A stretch of 64,000 bases of DNA. Origin: Candidatus Spongiisociaceae bacterium. GTDB lineage: Bacteria > Actinomycetota > Acidimicrobiia > Spongiisociales > Spongiisociaceae. The notes below the pieces were generated by a model, which searched no databases, was not told where the DNA came from, and was given only the letters and a program-made list of their open reading frames with translations. Below are positions 1 to 9,800 of this stretch, one piece after another. The DNA lies in the NCBI GenBank assembly GCA_965202665.1, contig OZ241841.1, positions 480,001 through 544,000 on the forward strand, given 5' to 3'. A program made the translations under genes and the position numbers. Within the stretch, counting starts at the first letter, position 1, and every line of letters begins with the position of its first letter.

Positions 1-3000
1 CAGTATTTGGTGGGATCGTTGGCGTCGCATCCGACGGTTATTCCCCATTCGGCCATCAACTCGATGTTTGGTTCGTGGACGCTGCCGTCGTCGTCGCAGA
101 ACCGACCCTGGCAGGCCACCGGCGCGGGGGGCGCCACCGGAGCGACGGGTGCGGCGGGACCGGCCGGGGGCGGGGCCCCTCCTCCGGCGGGGGGCGGGGC
201 TCCTCCGCCTCCGCCTCCTCCACCACCTCCACCGGCGGCGGGGGGCGGCGCGGCCGGAGGCGGCGCGCTTCCACCCCCACCTCCTCCTCCTCCACCTCCT
301 CCTCCACCACCTCCTCCTCCACCACCTCCGGTGGGTGCGCTTGGTGTGCTGGTTGGCGGCGGCGGTGGGGGTGTGTATGTGTTGGCGGGAATGGTGAGGG
401 CGGCGGGGGTGATGGTAAATCCGTCGGCGGCGCCGGTTATGTTGATTCGTTCGGTTGGTTCTCTGGGTATTTGGTCGGTTTTGATGTTGATGGTGAAGGT
501 TCCGGAGCCGGATGATGCCGCGGGGCGGATATTTATGGTGGTGAGCTGGCTGGTGATTTGGTAGTCGTCGTTGGGGGTGGCGGTGCTGTCGGGGCCGGGG
601 ATGGTTATAGCCACGGAAGTGGCTTCAAACCGGGTGGTGGAGCCGTCCAGCCGGGCGGTGACGGTAACCCGACGGTTGGTTTCTCCTTCAGATAGGCTGG
701 CGGAGGGGCCGACAGTGAGGGTGATGCCGGTGGGTGGATCGTCGTTGTCTTTGATAGTAAATGCCACGGGTTCGATAGCGATCCCAGCGGAGGTTCCGGT
801 TATTTGTATGGTTTCATCCGGTTCGTCGATGCTGTCATCGGTGATGGGCAGGCTGAGGGTTCGGGTGGCGCTGTTTTGATTAGCGGAGATGGTCAGCGGG
901 GTGAGGGCGGGGGCGGTGTAGTCGTCTCCGGCGACGGCGGTTCCACCGAAGGCCAAGGTTACGGTGTGGGCGTTGGGAAGCGTTTCCGTGCCCGGGTAGG
1001 CGGCTTGCAGGGTTACGGACGTGCCGGTGTCCCCTTCGGTCGCTTCAGTTGTTGGGGTGAGGGTTAGCGTGACGGTCAGGTCGTCGTCGATGATGGTGAG
1101 GGTGTCTTGCGCGATAGTGAAACCGGCGAGCGTCCCACCGGCAACGGTTAGCGTTTCCGGCCCCTCGAAGGCGTCGTCGTTATATGTTCCGTCGGTTTTG
1201 AGCAGGAAAGTTGCGGTTCCGCTGGTTTCGTAGCCGGAAATTCGCACGTTGAAGGCATCCACCGTTTCATAGTCGGTTCCCTCAGTTGCTTCCCCAGTAG
1301 CCGTTTTGCCGACCACGATGGGTACGAAGGTAGCGGCGGAGCGGGTGGCGGTACCCTGGAAAGTGGCTACCACCCGCACCCGAATCTCTTGGTTTTCGTG
1401 GGCTTGGGTGAGGTGTTCCCCGCTGCTGTCGGCTCGGGTGCTGTGCAGGGAGAGGGTGACAGCGGTAGGAGGAGCGTCGTTATCGTTCAAAGCCAAAGCG
1501 ACGGCTACCGTGTGATAATCCACGTTGTTGATGGTTACTTGACTGCCGTTGATGACTATCCGTCTCGCCGGTTCATCGACGTTGTCGTCGTTCACCGTGA
1601 CTTGGATGTCGACGTAGCCGGTTTTAGTACCGGCGGGGATGGTGATGCCGGTGTCGTATCCGGAGGGAGTTGAGGCTGGTCGGGAGGGCCAAACTATCCG
1701 GTAGTCTTCCCGGTTCGTCCAAACGTTGTTGGAGTCCGCGGTGGCGGTACTGTCCTCGTCTATCTCCAAACCCACTACCACACCCCCGGTAGGGGCGTTC
1801 ACCGGCAGGGTAGCGGTAACCCGCACAGTGGTTGTTCCGCTGTTTTCCCCCAATGCGGACAGGGCGTTGTTGTTGGAGGGGTTGGTTAGGGCGAGGGTGA
1901 TGCCGCTGTCCGCAATGTTGATAGTCGTAGAATCGGAGGCGGCCGTTCCGGCGACGGTGGCCGAACCGCTGATTTTCACCGTTTCCGCAGTAGTTTCCGC
2001 GTCAGTATCAACCCGGGCGGTCAGCTGAAACGACCCCGTATGATGATGCTGCCCAGCGGGAATGCGGATAGTGAACGAGTTGCCCGTCTGGTCAGTGCAC
2101 ACATCTTCAGTCATCGACTGAGAACACGCTGTCGCCACCGTAGCCCCGTTGGTGTCCCCGGCCGCTATTGTTACCGTCACGTCAGTGTTGGTCGCCAGCG
2201 CGGAGGAGGTCGCTCCGGCGAACCCGGCGGTTACCGTTACGTTGTGGGCGCTGGCGCTTTCCGTCACCCTCCCCGGCGAGGCGGTTACCTCCAAAGCGGT
2301 GTCGCTGGCCCCGATAGTCAACGTGTCCGGGGTAATCCCCACGCCGCTGTTCACCGACGTCCCGGCGATCCTGAACGTTTCCGCCAGCTCGGTTATCGCA
2401 TCGTCTGTTATCGCTAATCCGGTTAGGTTGGTCCAGGCGCTTTGCGTTTGCCCGGCGGGGATGGACACCGTAACCGGGGTAGCGGGAGGAGTGAAATCGA
2501 TTCCCCCCGCCTCCGCCGACGCCGGCGACAAAGCCTCCGCAGTCACCCGCACCTGCAAAGCAGATCCTATATCGTTGCTGGTGGCGGTGGTGAACGCGGC
2601 CCGTACCCGCACCGCAACCGTTGAGCCCTCCGACAAAGTTTTCTGATTCCCGCTTTCCACACCGTCAGTATCCGCCGTCAGGGTCACTTCTAGATCATCG
2701 TCTGTGATAACCAGCGTCGTTCCACTAACCGCAAACCCCCCGGCGGTACCGTCGATGTCAATACTCTCCGCGTCCTCCGCGATGGCGTCCCCCGTAATCA
2801 GCAAACCAGACAGAGCAACCGCCGAACTACTAGTAGAACCAGCCGGGATGGTCACCGTCACCGCCGTACCCGGGGCGGTGAAATCCGTCGCTTCCGCGTT
2901 CTCTCCCGCCCCGAACGATAAGGTTACGTCGGTGGCTTGAGTGAGCGAGGAGCTGGACGCCCCGGCGAATGAGGCGGTAACGGTTACGGCTCCGGCGTTG

Positions 3001-6000
3001 GCGTCTCTTTCATCCACCGTGGACTGACTGAGGGCCAAAGTGATCGTTTCCAAAATCGGCAAATCAGCTACCGCGGGCAGATACCCGCCGGTAGCGGAAG
3101 CGGTGAAACGAATAGTCTCCGCCCCCTCCACCGTCCCATCATCCCGGGGAGTGAGCACAACATCCGCCGTCCCACTGGTTTGGCCGCTAGCGATGGTGAT
3201 AGTCGCAGTGCTACTCCCGCGGGTGTAATCCCCGGTCGCTCCCAAAGCGGCGGTTCCGCCCGCGGCCCCTACGTTTACCATCACCGTGGCGGACGATGAA
3301 GCGGCTGCGCCGAGGGTGGCTTTCACCCGCACCGTCTGCGCTCCCCCATCCTCGGTAATCCCCGACAAGGCCGGAGCGGCGCTTGTCGCTTGATGGAAGG
3401 ACAAAGTAACCGCCCGACCCGGATCGAAAACGCCCATCTGAGCGGACGCCACCTGACCTATAGAAGTAGAACCAGTCAGTTTCAAATACTCGATACCCTC
3501 AGTATCATCCCCATCGACGCGGGCCCGCAGCTGAAAAGAACCCGAACCGCTAACATCCCCGGCGGGGATACTGACCGTGAACTGATTGCCCGTCTGGTTA
3601 GTGCACACATCCGCTGTCATCGTCATCGTAGAACATACCGCGGTATGCACCGTCGCGCCGCTGGTGTCCCCCGACCCAACCGTTACCGTCACCGGAGTCG
3701 CCGCCGACAACACCGACGTAGCCCCCTGAAAACGGGCTGTCACCATTATCTGATGATCCGCCGTCCGCTCCACCACCTCCGCCGGAGACGCCGACAAAGA
3801 CACATCCACATCATCATCAACAATAGTCACCGTCTCCGCAACCACCGTCCCGCCTGTCGCGGTACCGGTGATGAGAAACGTCTCCGCTCCCTCCGCTATA
3901 GTATCATCCGCCACCGACAACCCGGTCAGATTCACCCAACCGCTCTGCAAGGCGGTTCCGACGGGCATAGTCACCGTCGCCGCCGCGCCCGGGGCGGTGA
4001 AATCAACACCCCCACCGGTCGCCGACACCGGAGAACCCTCCCCCGCAGTTACCTGAACCGTATACGCGGCGGTCAAGTCGTTGGTAGTAGCTGATGTGAA
4101 CCGGGCCCGCACCCGCACCGCCGCCTCCTCACCCTCCGGCAAAGTCTGCTGCACCCCAGAAGCGCTGTCCGTGTCCGCCGTTAAAGTAACCCCCAGATCA
4201 TCGTCGGTTATCGCCAGCTCCGTTCCGCTCACCACAAACCCATCCGCCGTCCCCCCAACATCGATCTTCTCCTCCCCCTCCGCAATCGAATCAGACGTAA
4301 TCAGCAAACCAGTCAAAGCAGTAGCGGAACTGGAGGTGGAAGAAGCCGGGATGCTCACCGTGATCGCCGTACCGGGAGCGGTGAAATCCGCCGCCTCCCC
4401 GTTCTCGCCCGCCCCGAACGACAACGTAACAACCGTCGCCCCCGTCAACGTCGAAGTAGACGCCCCCGCGAACGCCGCCGTCACCGACGCCGCCCCCGCG
4501 TTCGTTGCGCCCTCGCCTACCGATGACTGGCTGAGCGTCAACGTAATCTCTTCCATAATTTTCAAATCAACCGGAACAACCCTGAACCCAGTGGCGGAAC
4601 CGGTGAACTGAACCGTTTCCTCCCCCTCCGCCACCGTATCCGACAAAGGAGTGATCGTCACATCCGCCGTCCCGGAAGTCTCACCCGACGCAATCGTCAC
4701 ATCCACCGTCGCCGCCCCCCGGTCGTAGTCGCCGCTCGAACACGACCGGGACTGGCCGCTCCCCGTGCACGTCCCCAACGTCGCCGTACCCCCCGCCGCC
4801 CCCACATTCACGCTAATCGTCGTATCCGAACTCACCATCGCTCCCGCCGTAGCTTTCACCCGCACCGTCTCCGCCCCCCCACCCTCCGCTATCCCCCCCA
4901 AAGCCGCCTCCCCCGCCGTCGCCTCATGCAACGACAAATCCACCCGCGTCCCCACATCCACAATCGGCAAATCCACCGACTCCACCGCCACCGCCGCCCC
5001 GCCCACCGACGCCGACCCCGACAGCGTCAGATTCTCCCCCGACTCGCTCGTACTATCATCAGGAACCGTCACCATAAACGTGCCGCTCCCCGACGTCCCA
5101 CCCGCCGGAATAGACACCGTCATCTGATTATTAGTCAAACTCGTACAAGCATCCTGCCCGCTAGTTGTCGGACACGACGACCCCAACGAAGCCCCACCCG
5201 ACCCCGCCACCGACACCGTCACAGTTGTAGCAGTCGTCAGAATCGACGACGAACCCTTAAACCGGGCGGTCACCGTAACCTGCTGCGCCGTCGCCTGCTC
5301 ATCCACCGACAATGGAGACACCTCCAACTCAATATCAGCGTCATTATCATAAATCGTCAACGTGTCCGCCGTAGCGGATCCCAGCACCGACGACCCACCC
5401 ACCAAAAAGGTTTCCGGCCCCTCCACAATCGCATCATCGGTGATCGTCAACCCCGCCAACGTAGCCGAACCCGAAGCAGTAATACTCCGAGCCGGGAAAG
5501 AAATCGTATTCGCCGTGGACGGAGCATACGAAAAATCAGCCGTCGTCGCCTTCCCCGCCCCCGCCGGAGTCTCCGCCGCCGTCGACAGCGTCACTGCCGT
5601 CGCCGAAGACAACGCCGAAGACGTCGCGTTCCAAAAACTAGCCGACACCGACACCCCCGAACCGGAATCCCCCTCAGATATAATGTCTTGATTCCCCATA
5701 GCCTCACTATCGGTATCCACCGTCAAATCCACACGACTATTAGCATCCTTAACAGTTATCGGTGTCTTATACTGGGTCCAATCCGGAACGTCCACCCTAA
5801 GATAAAATATCTCGTCCGGCTCCACCTTCCCATCAGTTACCGTTGTTAAAGAAAGTCTAATAGGTGTGAAAGTTCCGGAAAGAGAGTTGGCGTTTATCGT
5901 TACAGACAAAGGATCATTCCAATGATCATGCTGATGATAGATATCGTGGGCACCACTTGTATCCGAGGTGCTTACCGTAGCTGTCCCGCTGTCAATTCTT

Positions 6001-6695
6001 ATTTGCTTATCCGAAATATTTTGGCTGTACGTCGAAGAAGTAGAAGCAGTGAACACACCGTTAGTCACCCCACCCACGATAGCCTTCGGCGTAGTAAAAT
6101 TGCCTTTACCATAGTTAATAAAACCCGAAGATTCACCTTCTTTTAGCTCCGACAATACTAAATAATTCGATGGTACAACTACCTTAACCGCCCGGTCCTG
6201 ATCGGTAATCGTCAAAGTAGCCGGAGCCACCCTATACCCAGAAGGGCCGGTGCCGGAGAAAATGATGGTCTCATGCTCTTCCGTAATCCTATCCGACCGC
6301 AAATCCATCGTAAAACTATTAGACGTAACACTCCTTTGATTCCTATGAATAGTTACATTCCAAGGCTCACGAGTACAGTAATCACCAGAATTGCAAACAT
6401 ATCTCGGAGGACGACCCGGATCAAACCTATTCACATTTATAGTCGCTCCTTGAGTGGCTGTACCGGATAACCTACTGATGCTAATCCGCAAATCGGAGGA
6501 CGGCGCCGAGGCCACCGACGCCTTCAACCGCAACACCTTCGAACCGCTGTCCTCCCCCACCGAAGTCACCGCGTTGCCCGAAGCATCAACCACACTGAAC
6601 GTAATAGTCGTCTGCGCCCCCACCACCGCAGGCGCGGCCGGCAACAGTGACAGGACCAAACCCGCCGCCAACGCCAACAGCCCCAGCCGTCGCAT
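1..6695 (-). CDS. Giant secreted Calx-beta-like repeat protein with C-terminal SLH-like domains, paralogue 1 (3' end runs off the window)
   Basis: Absent from the ORF track because no stop lies inside the window. Manual translation from ATG 6695 (GGAGG 7 nt upstream) gives MRRLGLLALAAGLVLSLLPAAPAVVGAQTTITFSVVD. The same frame at 65-2 reads IELMAEWGITVGCDANDPTKYC, the first SLH-like repeat of paralogues 4 and 5. DNA is colinear with paralogue 5. Confidence 0.88.
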   Translation of the reverse strand, partial: MRRLGLLALAAGLVLSLLPAAPAVVGAQTTITFSVVDASGNAVTSVGEDSGSKVLRLKASVASAPSSDLRISISRLSGTATQGATINVNRFDPGRPPRYVCNSGDYCTREPWNVTIHRNQRSVTSNSFTMDLRSDRITEEHETIIFSGTGPSGYRVAPATLTITDQDRAVKVVVPSNYLVLSELKEGESSGFINYGKGNFTTPKAIVGGVTNGVFTASTSSTYSQNISDKQIRIDSGTATVSTSDTSGAHDIYHQHDHWNDPLSVTINANSLSGTFTPIRLSLTTVTDGKVEPDEIFYLRVDVPDWTQYKTPITVKDANSRVDLTVDTDSEAMGNQDIISEGDSGSGVSVSASFWNATSSALSSATAVTLSTAAETPAGAGKATTADFSYAPSTANTISFPARSITASGSATLAGLTITDDAIVEGPETFLVGGSSVLGSATADTLTIYDNDADIELEVSPLSVDEQATAQQVTVTARFKGSSSILTTATTVTVSVAGSGGASLGSSCPTTSGQDACTSLTNNQMTVSIPAGGTSGSGTFMVTVPDDSTSESGENLTLSGSASVGGAAVAVESVDLPIVDVGTRVDLSLHEATAGEAALGGIAEGGGAETVRVKATAGAMVSSDTTISVNVGAAGGTATLGTCTGSGQSRSCSSGDYDRGAATVDVTIASGETSGTADVTITPLSDTVAEGEETVQFTGSATGFRVVPVDLKIMEEITLTLSQSSVGEGATNAGAASVTAAFAGASTSTLTGATVVTLSFGAGENGEAADFTAPGTAITVSIPASSTSSSATALTGLLITSDSIAEGEEKIDVGGTADGFVVSGTELAITDDDLGVTLTADTDSASGVQQTLPEGEEAAVRVRARFTSATTNDLTAAYTVQVTAGEGSPVSATGGGVDFTAPGAAATVTMPVGTALQSGWVNLTGLSVADDTIAEGAETFLITGTATGGTVVAETVTIVDDDVDVSLSASPAEVVERTADHQIMVTARFQGATSVLSAATPVTVTVGSGDTSGATVHTAVCSTMTMTADVCTNQTGNQFTVSIPAGDVSGSGSFQLRARVDGDDTEGIEYLKLTGSTSIGQVASAQMGVFDPGRAVTLSFHQATSAAPALSGITEDGGAQTVRVKATLGAAASSSATVMVNVGAAGGTAALGATGDYTRGSSTATITIASGQTSGTADVVLTPRDDGTVEGAETIRFTASATGGYLPAVADLPILETITLALSQSTVDERDANAGAVTVTASFAGASSSSLTQATDVTLSFGAGENAEATDFTAPGTAVTVTIPAGSTSSSAVALSGLLITGDAIAEDAESIDIDGTAGGFAVSGTTLVITDDDLEVTLTADTDGVESGNQKTLSEGSTVAVRVRAAFTTATSNDIGSALQVRVTAEALSPASAEAGGIDFTPPATPVTVSIPAGQTQSAWTNLTGLAITDDAITELAETFRIAGTSVNSGVGITPDTLTIGASDTALEVTASPGRVTESASAHNVTVTAGFAGATSSALATNTDVTVTIAAGDTNGATVATACSQSMTEDVCTDQTGNSFTIRIPAGQHHHTGSFQLTARVDTDAETTAETVKISGSATVAGTAASDSTTINIADSGITLALTNPSNNNALSALGENSGTTTVRVTATLPVNAPTGGVVVGLEIDEDSTATADSNNVWTNREDYRIVWPSRPASTPSGYDTGITIPAGTKTGYVDIQVTVNDDNVDEPARRIVINGSQVTINNVDYHTVAVALALNDNDAPPTAVTLSLHSTRADSSGEHLTQAHENQEIRVRVVATFQGTATRSAATFVPIVVGKTATGEATEGTDYETVDAFNVRISGYETSGTATFLLKTDGTYNDDAFEGPETLTVAGGTLAGFTIAQDTLTIIDDDLTVTLTLTPTTEATEGDTGTSVTLQAAYPGTETLPNAHTVTLAFGGTAVAGDDYTAPALTPLTISANQNSATRTLSLPITDDSIDEPDETIQITGTSAGIAIEPVAFTIKDNDDPPTGITLTVGPSASLSEGETNRRVTVTARLDGSTTRFEATSVAITIPGPDSTATPNDDYQITSQLTTINIRPAASSGSGTFTINIKTDQIPREPTERINITGAADGFTITPAALTIPANTYTPPPPPPTSTPSAPTGGGGGGGGGGGGGGGGGGGGSAPPPAAPPPAAGGGGGGGGGGGAPPPAGGGAPPPAGPAAPVAPVAPPAPVACQGRFCDDDGSVHEPNIELMAEWGITVGCDANDPTKY

Positions 6696-6746
6696 CACCC
6701 AACCTCCATCTTTCGCTTCCACCCGTATCAGGGCCGATTACGAAAA

Positions 6747-6774
6747 ACGCTACCCCCCCCCCCCAATTTGTCAA
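6747..6774 (-). promoter_or_regulatory. Sigma70/SigA-type promoter with G12 tract in the spacer (TTGACA-AATT-G12-TAGCGT, 16-nt spacer)
   Basis: Read directly: -35 at 6769-6774, C12 on + strand at 6753-6764, -10 at 6747-6752. Same element precedes all five paralogues. Confidence 0.85.
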
Positions 6775-6816
6775 ATCAAACCTCGATGAAGGCGTCTTCT
6801 ATGTTGCTTATGTTCC

Positions 6817-9800
6817 TCAGTTCCCGCCGGTGGCGGCGGGGGCGAGGTTGACGGCGCGGACGAAGAAAGAGGCCATCTGCGCTCTGGTTACCGGTTTGTT
6901 CGGGCAGTAGTTGAGGGGGGTGGTGGCGCAACCTCTGGTTACGCCTCTGCCGTACATTCCTTCAATAGCCCGGATGATGGCGGGGTCTAGTCCTGTTGCG
7001 TCTTGGAAGAGGTTTTGGGGTTCTTCCACGGATTGGAGGTGGGGAAAGGCGGCGATCATCATGATGGCCATATCGGCCCGGGTTACCACACCGCCGGGGT
7101 TGAAGTTTCCGTCGGTGAGCGCGAAGGCGTTTACGGAGACGCCCCATTCGGCGTAGGTGCGGTACCAAGCATCGGCTGGAACATCGCTGATTTCTATGTC
7201 CTCGGGGGGTTGGATGGTCCAGCGTTGGGAGACGGCGCGGTGGAGGAAGGCGGCCATTTGCCTGCGGGTGATTTGGGCTCCGGGGCAGTATTTGGTGGAG
7301 TCTTCGGTGTCGCAGCCGAGGGTGATTCTCCATCCGGCTATCCGTTCGATGTTGGCTTCATGGACGCTGCCGTCGTCATCGCAGAACCGGCCCTGGCAGA
7401 CCGGTTCGGGGGGAGGCGCAGGGGCCGGCGGGGGCGCGGCGGGCGGCGGGGTGCCGCCTCCTCCCCCTCCGCCTCCACCTCCCCCGCCGCCGCCTCCTCC
7501 TCCGCCGCCGCCTCCGCTACCCCCTCCGCCGCTGGGGCTGGGGGGCGGGGCGTCGTTGGCGGGGATGGCGAGGGTGAGGGTGGCGGGGCTGGGGGTTAAA
7601 CCGGCTGGGGCGGTGGCGGTGAGAACGATTCGTTCAGCTCGTTCTGGGGTGTTGTCGTTGATGATGGTTATGGTCAGGTTGGGGGCCTGGGTTTGCCCGG
7701 CGGGAATGACCGCGGTCAGGTTGCTTATCCGATAGTCGGAGTTACGGATGGCGTCTCCGCCGAGGCTGAAGGTAACGGCGGTGTCGGTGGAAAGCGGGTT
7801 CGATCCGGCGGGGAAGCGGGTAGCGATAGCGGCGGTGGCGCCGGTAGTTTCAGCCACGCTGGTTCGGGAGAGGCTGATTTGGACGCTGGTGGGCGGAGCG
7901 TCGTTGTCTTTGATGGTGAGCGTAGCCGGTTCGACGGTGAACCCGGCCAGCGTTCCGATTATCTGCAAGGTTTCGTCCCCTTCGGCGATGTTGTCGTCGG
8001 CCACGGCGGACAGGGTGATGGTTTGAGGGGTAGCGCTGTTTTGGTTAGCGGAGATGGTCATATCAGCAAGCGCGGAGGCGGTGAAGTCAGACGAAGAAGC
8101 GGTACCCCCGTAGGCCAGACTGACGGTCTGGGAAGCACCTAAAGTTTCCGTACCCGGATAGGCGGCCCGCAGGCTTAGAGTGATGTTGGCGTCCCCTTCG
8201 GTCACCTCGTCTGGCGTGACGGCAAGAATAACAGTCAGGTCATCGTCGAGGATGGACAGCGTGTCCTCCCCGATAGTGAAACCGGCGAGGGTCCCCCCGG
8301 CGACGGTCAACGTTTCCGGCCCCTCAAAAGCCGCATCATTGTATGTTCCATCAGTTCTAAGAACAAAACTGCTAACCCCGCTGGATTGGTAAGCGGGAAT
8401 GGCAACAGTAAAGTCGCCTACCGTTTCGTAATCCGTTCCCTCAGTGGCCTCCCCGGAAGGCTTTCCGACCACAATCGGCACGAAAGTAGCGGCGGAACGG
8501 GTGGCGGTTCCTTGAAAAGCGGCCCGTACCCGCACGGTGGTGCTTGTTCCGCCTTCGGGTACTTGGGTCAGCTCCGCTCCTACCTCGCCGCCGTCATCTT
8601 CATAAAGAGAGACATCGATGACGGTAGGAGGAGAATCGTTGTCGTTTAGGGTCAAACTGGCATCTACCGTCTGGTAGGTGTCGGCGCTGATAGTTACATC
8701 ACTGCCTTCGAAAAGAATGGTCTTCGCCGGTTCGGCAACGCTGTCGTCATTTACAACAATGGTGACATCAGCGAAACTGTTGGTGCTTCCTTGGGCGATG
8801 GTGATGCCGGTGGAGTATCCGCCGGGAGTTCCGGTCGGTTTGGAGGGCCAAGTCACACGGTAGTCCTCCCCATCCGCCCATACGTTGTTAGAGGCCGCAA
8901 CGGCGGTACTGCCCTCGGCTATTCTCAGGCCTACTACCACTCCACCCGAGGGGACGGTGACCCCGGTGGGCAGGGTAGCGGTCACCCGTATAGTGGAGGA
9001 TCCGCTGTTCTCATCCAACGCAGACACGGAACTCCCGGACTTAGCCAGAGTGAGGGTGATGGCGCTGTCTACTACGTTGATAGTGTCAGTATCTGACTCC
9101 GATTCTCCAGCGACGGTGGCGCTTCCGGTTATTTTCACCGTTTCAGTGGTGGCTTCCTGTGTTCCATCGTCCCGGGCGGTCAGCTTGAATGTTCCCGTAT
9201 GGCTGACTTCCCCGGCGGGGATGGTAATGGTAAACGAGTTGCCCGTCTGATCGGTGCAAACATCGTTCTGACCGATCGCGGAGCACGACGCCGCCATCGT
9301 CGCCCCGTTGGAATCCCCGGCCGCTACCGCCACCGTCACATCGGTGCCCGCCGCTAAAGCGGAGGAGGACGCTCCCGCGAACCCGGCGGTTACCGTAACA
9401 TCATGGGCGGCGCCGCTTTCATACACCGTTCCCGGCGACGCGGTGACTTCCAAAGCGGTGTCGCTAGCCCCGATAGTCAACGTGTCCGAAGTTACCGTCA
9501 CGCCGCTTCTCCCAACAACAGTACCGGTGATGGCAAACGTTTCCGCCGCCTCGGTCTCCGCGTCGTCTGCAACCGACAAGCCCGACAAGTTCACCCAAGG
9601 GCTTGCCAGACTGCTTTGCCCGGCGGGGATGGACACCGTGACCGGCGTAGCGGGAGCGGTGAAATCAACACCACCGCCCGCCGCTGACTGCGGCGACGAA
9701 ACCCCGGCGGTGACGCGCACCTGCAGAGCGGATCCTAAATCGTTGGAAGTAGCAGATGTGAACCTGGCCTGTACCCGCACCGCCGCCGTTGCCCCCTCCG

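Noticed and set aside
5700-6220. Diversity-generating retroelement (TR/VR pair) between paralogue 1 and paralogue 3 module 2
   Set aside because: Mismatches are of mixed types, not adenine-specific on either strand. Both copies are inside coding genes, and there is no reverse transcriptase in the window.
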